DNA of 55,774 nucleotides from Macrostomum lignano (Eukaryota): NCBI GenBank assembly GCA_002269645.1, contig NIVC01002243.1, positions 1 to 55,774 of the forward strand, read 5' to 3'. Shown piece by piece: positions 34,217 to 44,666 of this stretch (position 1 is its first letter; each line of letters starts with the position of its first letter). The notes under the pieces were generated by a model. It saw only the letters and a program-made list of their open reading frames with translations, ran no database searches and was not told where the DNA came from. The position numbers and the translations under genes were made by a program.

Positions 34217-35037
34217 GTAGACTGTAGGCAGGTGCTCCGCTGCACCCACTGACCTCGGACACGGACCGGACACCGCCCATGATCGCTGGCCTTTGAACTG
34301 TGGGACTCAATCAGATTATTTCTAGTTGCTAACCATGTACTGTAACTGTATTGTTGACTGAAATATAATTTAATAAAGTATTCCCTACACTGAGATTAAT
34401 TTTGTACTGGATTTAATTAGTTCGGGCAAATACGAGTACTTATAATCTGTTTGGCGTTTCGTGTTCAACATTATTTAATTGATTAGCATTTAGTCTGCAG
34501 ACCCGCACATTGATTAATACATTCAAGGGTTTAATTGCAATTTACTCAGGTTTTCAAATACTCATTTACACGGCAAATCATTTAGCAGCAGTAAGCAACA
34601 AAAAGTGTATATTTAATTTTTTATGACACCAGAGCAACATGAGCAGACCTACTCGACTTACTCAAAAATCCATGGCTCATTTTAGGCACTGGAAGCGGCC
34701 AGTCATAAAATGACGTAGTAAAAATAATGAGCTCGTGTAAAAACTACCTAATAACATTTTGTAACAGTAGGTGAAGTCTGGCTAGCTGGGATTTATAAAA
34801 CATGATCGAAAAATTCAAATTACAATGCATTTGGAATAGATTAATATATGCCAATTGACTTAATTAGTAACTGGTAGATGAAAAATGACTAAGTGTCGGG
34901 TCATGATTAAAACTTATATTATACAAAACAGATGGAAATGCACATTTCATTGATCCCGATTTCTTCCTAACACGGATTAATAACGTGCACCAGTTAGTTA
35001 TTGGATTGGAAGTAATATCAAATTTAAGTAGAGGGGT

Positions 35038-35652
35038 GGCAGATTCAAGGACACTGAGGGGAGCGGAGAGGCAGATTCAAGGACACTGAGGGGAGCGGAG
35101 AGGCAGATTCATGGACACTGAGGGGAGCGGAGAGGCAGATTCAAGGACACTGAGGGGAGCGGAGAGGCAGATTCATGGACACTGAGGGGAGCGGAGAGGC
35201 AGATTCATGGACACTGAGGGGAGCGGAGAGGCAGATTCAAGGACACTGAGGGGAGAAGAGAGGCAGATTCAAGGACACTGAGGGGAGCAGAGAGGCAGAT
35301 TCAAGGACACTGAGGGGAGCAGAGAGGCAGATTCAAGGACACTGAGGGGAGCAGAGAGGCAGATTCAAGGACACTGAGGGGAGCAGAGAGGCAGATTCAA
35401 GGACACTGAGGGGAGCAGAGAGGCAGATTCAAGGACACTGAGGGGAGCAGAGAGGCAGATTCAAGGACACTGAGGGGAGCAGAGAGGCAGATTCAAGGAC
35501 ACTGAGGGGAGCAGAGAGGCAGATTCAAGGACACTGAGGGGAGCAGAGAGGCAGATTCAAGGACACTGAGGGGAGCAGAGAGGCAGATTCAAGGACACTG
35601 AGGGAGCAGAGAGGCAGATTCAAGGACACTAAGGGGAGCAGAGAGGCAGATT
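35038..35652. repeat. 32-bp minisatellite, about 19 copies
   Basis: Unit ggcagattcaaggacactgaggggagcagaga. Confidence 0.96.
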
Positions 35653-35765
35653 TGAATTACTTAAGGCTGGGTAGCAGGAAACGGGTAGTAGTGTAAATAA
35701 TTAAAGTTGTAGGAGTATTTCATCAGCACATGTCTACTACAAGTAGGCAAGTTCATATCCAAGGC

Positions 35766-38700
35766 CTAGCCTCGCAATCCTAATTCGGAGACTTTCCGTT
35801 GAGCAAACTGCATAACAACCATTGAAGTGCCGTTAGCTAAGAAGCTGCGAATGGTGCCCGGCAGCAGGCCGCGATAAAGTCCGAAGAAGCCGCCTCGCTG
35901 CTGAATAGTGAGCCTGAGCCTGGCAAGGATTGGCATGGGCTGGCCATACTGGCCCTGCACCTGGCTCTTCATGTACTCCAGCGGCCACACGAGCCACCAG
36001 GCGGCTGTCGCAGCCATTCCCGATGCCAGGAATGGTCCAGCAACTGAACGGGAAAAAAGTCCGGAAAATGTCTCCGACCGGAGTCAATTAAAACAAAGTA
36101 AGTAGTCATTAGGCCGAGGGTTCGAACCCAGGTGACGCTGAAACCGCTGTAGAGTCCGCCCAGGGTCCAAGTTTGGCCAGTTTGGCGACGGATTTTCGCC
36201 ACTTCAAGCGGGCACTCGATTATGGCGCGAGCGGTGGATGCCAGAATGCCGCCTAAGATGACCCGCCTGCGGCGATGGGGAGAGCGCTGATGCTGAAACG
36301 CTGATGGGGAGAGCACTGTATCAGCCATGGAGTGCTGTGGGGCTTATAGTCCTCATCGGATACAGTGCTGTGGGGCTTATAGTCCTCATCGGATACAGTG
36401 CTGTGGGGCTTATAGTCCTCATCGGATACAGTGCTGTGGGGCTTATAGTCCTCATCGGATACAGTGCTGTGGGGCTTATAGTCCTCATCTGATACAGTGC
36501 TGTGGGGCTTATAGTCCTCATCGGATACAGTGCTGTGGGGCTTATAGTCCTCATTTGATACAGTGCTGTGGGGCTTATAGTCCTCATCGGATACAGTGCT
36601 GTGGGGCTTATAGTCCTCATCTGATACAGTGCTGTGGGGCTTATAGTCCTCATCTGATACAGTACTGTGGGCTTATAGTCCTCATCTGATACAGTGCTGT
36701 GGAGCTTATAGTCCTCATCTGATACAGTGCTGTGGGCTTATAGTCCTCATCTGATACAGTGCTGTGGGGCTTATAGTCCTCATCTGATACAGTACTGTGG
36801 GCTTATAGTCCTCATCTGATACAGTACTGTGGGCTTATAGTCCTCATCTGATACAGTACTGTGGGCTTATAGTCCTCATCTGATACAGTGCTGTGGGCTT
36901 ATAGTCCTCATCTGATACAGTGCTGTTGGCTTATAGTCCTCATTTGATACAGTGCTGTGGGGCTTATAGTCCTCATCTGATACAGTGCTGTGGGCTTATA
37001 GTCCTCATCTGATACAGTGCTGTGGGCTTATAGTCCTCATCTGATACAGTGCTGTGGGCTTATAGTCCTCATCTGATACAGTACTGTGGGCTTATAGTCC
37101 TCATCTGATACAGTGCTGTGGGCTTATAGTCCTCATCTGATACAGTGCTGTGGGCTTATAGTCCTCATCTGATACAGTGCTGTGGGCTTATAGTCCTCAT
37201 CTGATACAGTGCTGTGGGCTTATAGTCCTCATCTGATACAGTGCTGTGGGCTTATAGTCCTCATCTGATACAGTGCTGTGGGGCTTATAGTCCTCATCTG
37301 ATACAGTGCTGTGGGCTTATAGTCCTCATTTGATACAGTACTGTGGGCTTATAGTCCTCATCTGATACAGTGCTGTGGGCTTATAGTCCTCATTTGATAC
37401 AGTGCTGTGGGCTTATAGTCCTCATCTGATACAGTGCTGTGGGCTTATAGTCCTCATCTGATACAGTACTGTGGGCTTATAGTCCTCATCTGATACAGTG
37501 CTGTGGGCTTATAATCCTCATCTGATACAGTGCTGTGGGCTTATAGTCCTCATCTGATACAGTGCTGTGGGCTTATAGTCCTCATCTGATACAGTGCTGT
37601 GGGCTTATAGTCCTCATCTGATACAGTGCTGTGGGGCTTATGGCTCATTCCATATAAGATGGACATATTTGGAAAATAGAAAAAAGTCAATATTTTTGCT
37701 TGCCATTGCCTAATTAGCCTATTTTTTTACCAAATGTTTATATTGTGCAATATATACAATCTAAGAATAAAGGAATGGTAAAATGTTGGATTAGTATGTT
37801 ATCAATTGGCAAAAAGTCATTTTAGTAAAAATTTGGACATTTTTTGAAGCAAAAGACATCATTAAGATTTTGTACCTTTTAAAAACAAATAGAAAGCTTT
37901 TGAAGGTTGAAACAAACTATAGATAAAAGTATAGTACTTGCATCATCAGATAAAAGCATTGGTGACCAAATAATCTATTATATTTTTAATGTATTAGTAC
38001 CTCAAAGTTACTGAATTGACAGAAAAAAAAATGTTACGACCATAAGGCTGCCTTTTCTTTTGTATCTTTGTTGCCTTTTGAGTTTATATATTCTAATAAA
38101 AGAGTATGATTTCTAAAGATGTTCTTAGTCAAATTTTAAAAATGTATTGCAAAATATCAAAAATGAAAAATGTTATAAGACTTTTACCTTTTAGTTTCTA
38201 TATGTCAAAAATCCTGTCGTTACGACCATAAGTGTCATTTAAGGTTTAATAGCATCTATACTAATGATGATATCTATATGAAACTCTATAAATATATTCT
38301 AGACAAAATAATCTTTCATTTAAAATATTGGTTTAGTATATTCTATTATTAGATTTCATTTTATAAGTAAAAATAACCTGTCATGTTACGACCATGCTTA
38401 TATGGAATGAGCCTTATAGTCCTCATCTGATACAGTGCTGTGGGGCTTATAGTCCTCATCTGATACAGTGCTGTGGGCTTATAGTCCTCATCTGATACAG
38501 TGCTGTGGGCTTATAGTCCTCATCTGATACAGTGCTGTGGGCTTATAGTCCTCATCTGATACAGTGCTGTGGGCTTATAGTCCTCATCTGATACAGTGCT
38601 GTGGGCTTATAGTCCTCATCTGATACAGTGCTGTGGGCTTATAGTCCTCATCTGATACAGTGCTGTGGGCTTATAGTCCTCATCTGATACAGTGCTGTGG

Positions 38701-39398
38701 GCTTATAGTCCTCATCTGATACAGTGCTGTGGGCTTATAGTCCTCATCTGATACAGTGCTGTGGGCTTATAGTCCTCATCTGATACAGTGCTGTGGGCTT
38801 ATAGTCCTCATCTGATACAGTGCTGTGGGCTTATAGTCCTCATCTGATACAGTGCTGTGTGTCCTCAGATGGGGTGGTGGTGGCTGAGTCTCGCTGCTGG
38901 GGTTAAGGTGGCAAATCAATATTGAAGATTGAAACGCTACAATCGTTGGGATTGATAGCACTCACCCTTGCACTCCGCCGGTGAAGGGGATGGGCTCAAT
39001 AAACAGACTAGAGCTCAAGCCGGTGTAGACACTTTCGAACACGGCAAATTGGGTTGAACGAAAAATTCCAGAGCCCCACAGAGGCGGAATGCAACCCCTA
39101 GGATGTATAAAAGGCAGGGAATTAATTTATATTGAACTTCGTGTCTTCTTGGTGAATCAAATGTAGACAGCGGCATTTAGACTTACCGATATAATCCAAT
39201 AACTCCTTCAGCACGCCAAGTTTTGCTAAAAGCTTTCAGCATTCCGCCAGTGTCAAAGCCTCGCTGGGCCTGCATTTTGGTCTTCATAGTGTCAAATGGG
39301 TGGCCAACAACCACATTGGTGACACCATAGAGGATGCCAACGCCTAGACCTATGCCCCCTTCCTTAAGCCAATGAGCTCGTTTCTCATTGTGCGTCAT
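35766..39398 (-). CDS. Mitochondrial substrate carrier (SLC25 family), about 281 aa, 3 exons; 1-nt deletion at 36053-36058
   Basis: Exons 39398-39187 (..GHPFDTMKTKMQ..), 39097-38966 (GCIPPLWGSGIFRSTQFAVFESVYT.., absent from the ORF track) and 36266-35766 (..ECPLEVAKIRRQ.., ..WPLEYMKSQVQ..). Three Px[DE]xx[KR]xx-type carrier motifs; both introns phase 2 and consistent. Confidence 0.9.
36328..38860. repeat. 32-33-bp minisatellite filling SLC25 intron 2 (36328-37641 and 38414-38860), split by a MITE
   Basis: Unit cttatagtcctcatctgatacagtgctgtggg(g), about 41 + 14 copies. Confidence 0.97.
37642..38413. mobile_element. 772-bp non-autonomous DNA transposon (MITE), 17-bp perfect TIR, 4-bp TTAT TSD
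   Basis: ttat|ggctcattccatataag ... cttatatggaatgagcc|ttat. Removing it restores the satellite unit. AT-rich interior with ttacgaccat three times. Confidence 0.88.
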
Positions 39399-40870
39399 GG
39401 CACCTATGGCAACACTGAAAAAGTATAGTTAATACAAAGTAACAAACATTTTATTTAGGTTGTCAATATGCAAAAATAATCGATTAACTATTGTTTCACA
39501 ATGATAAATGCTGAAATTTTAAGAAAAGCAATTAAATTGTATATATAGTAGTTGACGATTTTATGATACAACTCAAACTCAAACTCAAACAACAGTTTTG
39601 CACTACATGTACATTTATGATTGAGATGGTCGATGGTGGGGGCTTAAGTTAGGATGAATGAAGCCAATGGGGAAGCCATCCAGCATTTGCCACTATCAAA
39701 GAAGGCTAGATTGCAAAGGAGGGCCTTCTTGGAAACCAATCCTTGATAAGTAGGCCATGGCCCTCACAGAAGATCTTGAATAGTAAGAAAAGAATTAAAG
39801 AAAACATGTCAGGAAAGGAGAGAAGGGAGAGAGGAGGAGGGAGAAAAGAGAGAGAAGGGGAAAAAAGAGGGGAGAGGGGAGGAGAGGGAGAGAGGAGAGA
39901 AAATGGGACAGAAGAGAATCTCGCCATTCGCCCTTGGCCTTGCCTGCATGATCCCTACAGCTTGAGTTCATGCAGCAGCTCAGGACAGAGGGTCTAAGAC
40001 TTTTGGTCTGTTATAATTGGCTCCCTCGCCATCTGTTGATTGGTTTTTATGTCATGTCTTATTAAGGCTATTGGATAATTGTGATAAAGGGAAAAATTAA
40101 TTCTTAAAACATTCTTGTCTTTGCTTACTTTTAGTAGTGTACAGTTGACAAAATTTCATATAATTCTTGCAACAATGAGCAATTTTCTAAAATTTTGTTT
40201 TAAACCAATGAAAAAATTTGTTAAAGTTGATCAACTTTGCCCAACCAAGGATATTTCACTTGATTTTATGGGTACTATATAAGCAGTGACACCTATAGAA
40301 GAAATAAACTCTAACTTTTGGCTTCTGGAGAACCATTCTAACTTTTATGCTCCAAAGTTGCAGTTGCCAATTAGCCATCCAAATAGGCTTTAAATTCAAG
40401 TTTTCCCTGAAGTTTTAATTCTTTTAGTCAAGCAAGATTATAAAGACCCTAAGAAATGTTCAGGGCAAAGGGCTGTAAAGGCTCAGGGAAAAGCTGTAAA
40501 AGCCCCAGAGAAAGCTAGAAAAGCTTAGTAAATATCAAGCCATAAATGCTTAAACTAGGAAATCAAGCTGTGAAGGCTAAAATTAGGCACTAGGATCAGG
40601 TGATTAGACAGTAGGTTAGTAAACATTAGACATTAGGCATTAGCATTAACAAAAAACTATGAAGGTGTTAGTAGATTAATGGCTGATATTAGAAACCTTT
40701 GATCCCTGGAAAATGCAATAATTTCAGACTTGTTTTAAATTTAGTAGTCCTACCACTCAGGCACTCATAGCTACCATTAGTTTTCCAAGAAATCAAGTGA
40801 ATTAAGATATTTTCTTAGAAAGCAGAAATTAGCACTAGAACAATTTGGTGATAGTGACATGCTTGGGCGC

Positions 40871-41016
40871 AACCCAGGGATTCACCCAGCCATTTCTATT
40901 GGCAACACACATGTAAGTTGCTATTGGATGGAATAGTAGTCACATGACTACTCTTAGCCAATAGCGACTTATATGTATATGTTGCCAATAGAAACAGCTA
41001 GGTGAATCCCTAGGTT
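40871..41016. mobile_element. Old palindromic MITE-like element
   Basis: aacccagggattcacccagccatttctattggcaac... pairs with ...gttgccaatagaaacagctaggtgaatccctaggtt; arm mismatches are mostly transitions. Confidence 0.6.
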
Positions 41017-44000
41017 ACACATGTATGCTTGGTGACAAAAAGTAGAATCTTAGTAAGACAGAAGTTAGACCTAGAACAATTGTAATTATAAGTCTGTGCT
41101 ATATTCTATAAAAAACTAGGCCTAAATGCAAAAAAAAACATGTCAAAGTAATTATTCTTTATAATGATAACAATGCACTATTATATAAGCTATCAAATAA
41201 ACACTGCTAAAGTCAATCACTTTCATAATATATCTACTATTCCAGTAAAATAAAAGTAATGGCGAAGAATATGGCGAATCTCCCGAAGACTATGGCGAAT
41301 CTCCCGAAGAATATGGCGAATCTCCCCGAGAATATGACGAATCGCCATGCGCACATTACATACGCTCGTATCTAAGCTAATTTACCTGAGCACATTGCAT
41401 ATCTAAGCTAATTTACCTGAGCACATTGCATATCTAAGCTAATTTACCTGAGCACATTGCATATCTAAGCTAATTTACCTGAGCACATTGCATATCTAAG
41501 CTAATTTACCTGAGCACATTGCATATCTAAGCTAATTTACCTGAGCACATTGCATATCTAAGCTAATTTACCTGAGCACATTGCATATCTAAGCTAATTT
41601 ACCTGAGCACATTGCATATCTAAGCTAATTTACCTGAGCACATTGCATATCTAAGCTAATTTACCTGAGCACATTGCATATCTAAGCTAATTTACCTGAG
41701 CACATTGCATCTGGGAAAATCTTTCTGAACAACAGAAAAAATTATGATATCGGGGTCTTGCAGAATCAGCGTCAGGGCGCATCTGTCTGGGCTTGGACGC
41801 GAACGTAGGCCTCGCGCTGACCGAATCTGGGGCTCCGGGGATCTTGCGGCCTGCCAGCAGGAGTCGCCAGCATCGGAACAGGTCGGCGCGGTGCATAAGA
41901 CTACGGTTTTCAGCGTGTTGGCCACCAAGCATGCCGAGCCGCCTTGACGGTTCGCGTCGACCCACGCGTCACCGCAACAGAAGTTCTCGTCGAAGGAAGA
42001 GCAGTTCGCAGCGTACAGTGAAGCACCAGAACGAACCGGAACGGCGCCTAACAAATTCCCTGAAGCACCTCAGAGGATATGTTAGCACAGCAGCCTTCAT
42101 AACACGGCACATCGTTTTGGTTGCAGAAAGCAGCTGCTCTGGTATAATTGAGACATCTGAACAAATCTACATGAGCATATGGCATCTGAGCATATGGCAT
42201 CTGAGCATATGGCATCTGAGCATATGGCATCTGAGCATATGGCATCTGAGCATATGGCATCTGAGCATATGGCATCTAAGCATATGGCATCTGAGCATAT
42301 GGCATCTGAGCATATGGCATCTGAGCATATGGCATCTGAGTATATGGCATCTGAGCAAATAGGATCTGAGCATATGGCATCTAAGCATATGGCATCCGAG
42401 CATATGGCATCTGAGCATATGGCATCTGAGCATATGGCATCTGAGCAAATAGGATCTGAGCATATGGCATCTGAGCATATGGTATCTGAGCAAATAGGAT
42501 CTGAGCATATGGCATCTGAGCATATGGCATCTGAGCATATGGCATCTGAGCATATGGCATCTGAGCATATGGCATCTGAGCATATGGCATCTGAGCAAAT
42601 AGGATCTGAGCATATGGCATCTGAGCAAATAGGATCTGAGCATATGGTATCTGAGCATATGGCATCTGAGCATATGGCATCTGAGCATATGGCATCTGAG
42701 CATATGGCATCTGAGCATATGGCATCTGAGCAAATAGGATCTGAGCATATGGCATCTGAGCAAATAGGATCTGAGCATATGGCATCTGAGCATATGGCAT
42801 CTGAGCAAATAGGATCTGAGCATATGGCATCTGAGCATATGGCATCTGAGCAAATAGGATCTGAGCATATGGCATCTGAGCATATGGTATCTGAGCAAAT
42901 AGGATCTGAGCATATGGCATCTGAGCATATGGCATCTGAGCATATGGCATCTGAGCATATGGCATCTGAGCATATGGCATCTGAGCATATGGCATCTGAG
43001 CAAATAGGATCTGAGCATATGGCATCTGAGCAAATAGGATCTGAGCATATGGTATCTGAGCATATGGCATCTGAGCATATGGCATCTGAGCATATGGCAT
43101 CTGAGCATATGGCATCTGAGCATATGGCATCTGAGCAAATAGGATCTGAGCATATGGCATCTGAGCAAATAGGATCTGAGCATATGGCATCTGAGCATAT
43201 GGCATCTGAGCAAATAGGATCTGAGCATATGGCATCTGAGCATATGGGATCTGAGCATATGGCATCTGAGCATATGGCATCTGAGCATATGGCATCTGAG
43301 CATAAGGCATCTCAGCATGATACCCGAGAAAACACTAGAGCCAAGCAAGCTTCGTGAGTCTTTAATAGTTGTTGAGTATAGGACAAGTTAAAATTATTGA
43401 CAGAAACGTTATTTTCCAGATTCTTAAAAAATTATTGCATGCAGAACTCAAAATTACACGTAGAAGTTAATTAAATGTAGGACCTAGAAAGCATCATATC
43501 ATTTAAAAAATTGATAAGGATAAGTTGCTCGTAACATGAACTATTGTACTTATTTCTGCAGTGTGTACTACGAACAGCAGAAACTTCAAATGAAAAGACA
43601 AATGCGTTTTAGATGTTTAAAGAAAAAAACTTCATTGGTGAAGTGAATCAGCTGCCGATCACAATCAAACATCTTGTCAGCAGTGATGCACAACATGCTT
43701 GTTCAGCCAAATCGTTATCTCAAAGCAGCGAACTTGAACTCGACCTGAGGTGTCCAGACAGCCCTCTCCAATCTCAAACTCAACTTTTAGACTTCTATAA
43801 ATGGAATAAACAATTTTAGCGACTCAAACCTTTAGCTATTGTTCTCAAACTACTTGAGAAGCTCAGTGTGTGCTTTCTATAACACATTGCATGCAGGCGG
43901 GCAGGCCAACAAATTCAATTCAAATGCAGTAGTATTCAAGTTCAATGCCCTCAGAGCCTTGGCAATGAGTGGCAAATGGACAATAAAGCTAAAAGATGGC

Positions 44001-44218
44001 TAAGACATACTGTAAGGGTCTAACCATCCAAGAAAAGACGGCAGCACGTGAAGGGGACACAGCGGAGCCCTCGGCATTCCAGCGACCGGAAAAACGTGCT
44101 GATTTCTACACTATAAATACAGGGCCCTTGGATGCCCAGCAGACAACCAAGCAGCCAAGGCTAGATAACTCTACCAGCTTCTCAGCTTCATCAGGCTACA
44201 GCTCTTAACTTCTTCATC

Positions 44219-44488
44219 ATGAGGTGGCAGTTTGTTCTCGGACTCCTGCTGTGCGCAGCTCTGGCCGCCGCCAGACCCAACAGCCAGGAGAACAGCCAAG
44301 AGGACGCGGAGGCGATGGCGGCGCTGGAGGCTCTGGCCGACATGGACGAGCCGGAGATGACGGACGAGAAGGCCGCCGAGCTGCAGAAGAAGTGGCTCCT
44401 TCGCCGCATCCGCATCAGGTGGAGGAGGGTGCTCCGCGTTGCCAGCAGGGTCTACAGGATCTACCGCTACCTGCCGATAGGCAAGTAG
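44219..44488 (+). CDS. Prepro cationic peptide, copy 3 (variant ending ..RVYRIYRYLPIGK)
   Basis: Five nucleotide differences from copy 2 (1 synonymous, 4 non-synonymous). TATAAATA at 44112-44119 and AATAAA at 44644-44649. Confidence 0.85.
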   Translation: MRWQFVLGLLLCAALAAARPNSQENSQEDAEAMAALEALADMDEPEMTDEKAAELQKKWLLRRIRIRWRRVLRVASRVYRIYRYLPIGK

Positions 44489-44666
44489 GTAGACTGCAGG
44501 CAGGTGCTCCGCTGCACCCACTGACCTCGGACACGGACCGGACACCGCCCATGATCGCCGGCCTTTCAACTGTGGGACTCAATCAGATTATTTCTAGTTG
44601 CTAACCATGTACTGTAACTGTATTGTTGACTGAAATATAATTTAATAAAGTATTCCCTACACTGAG

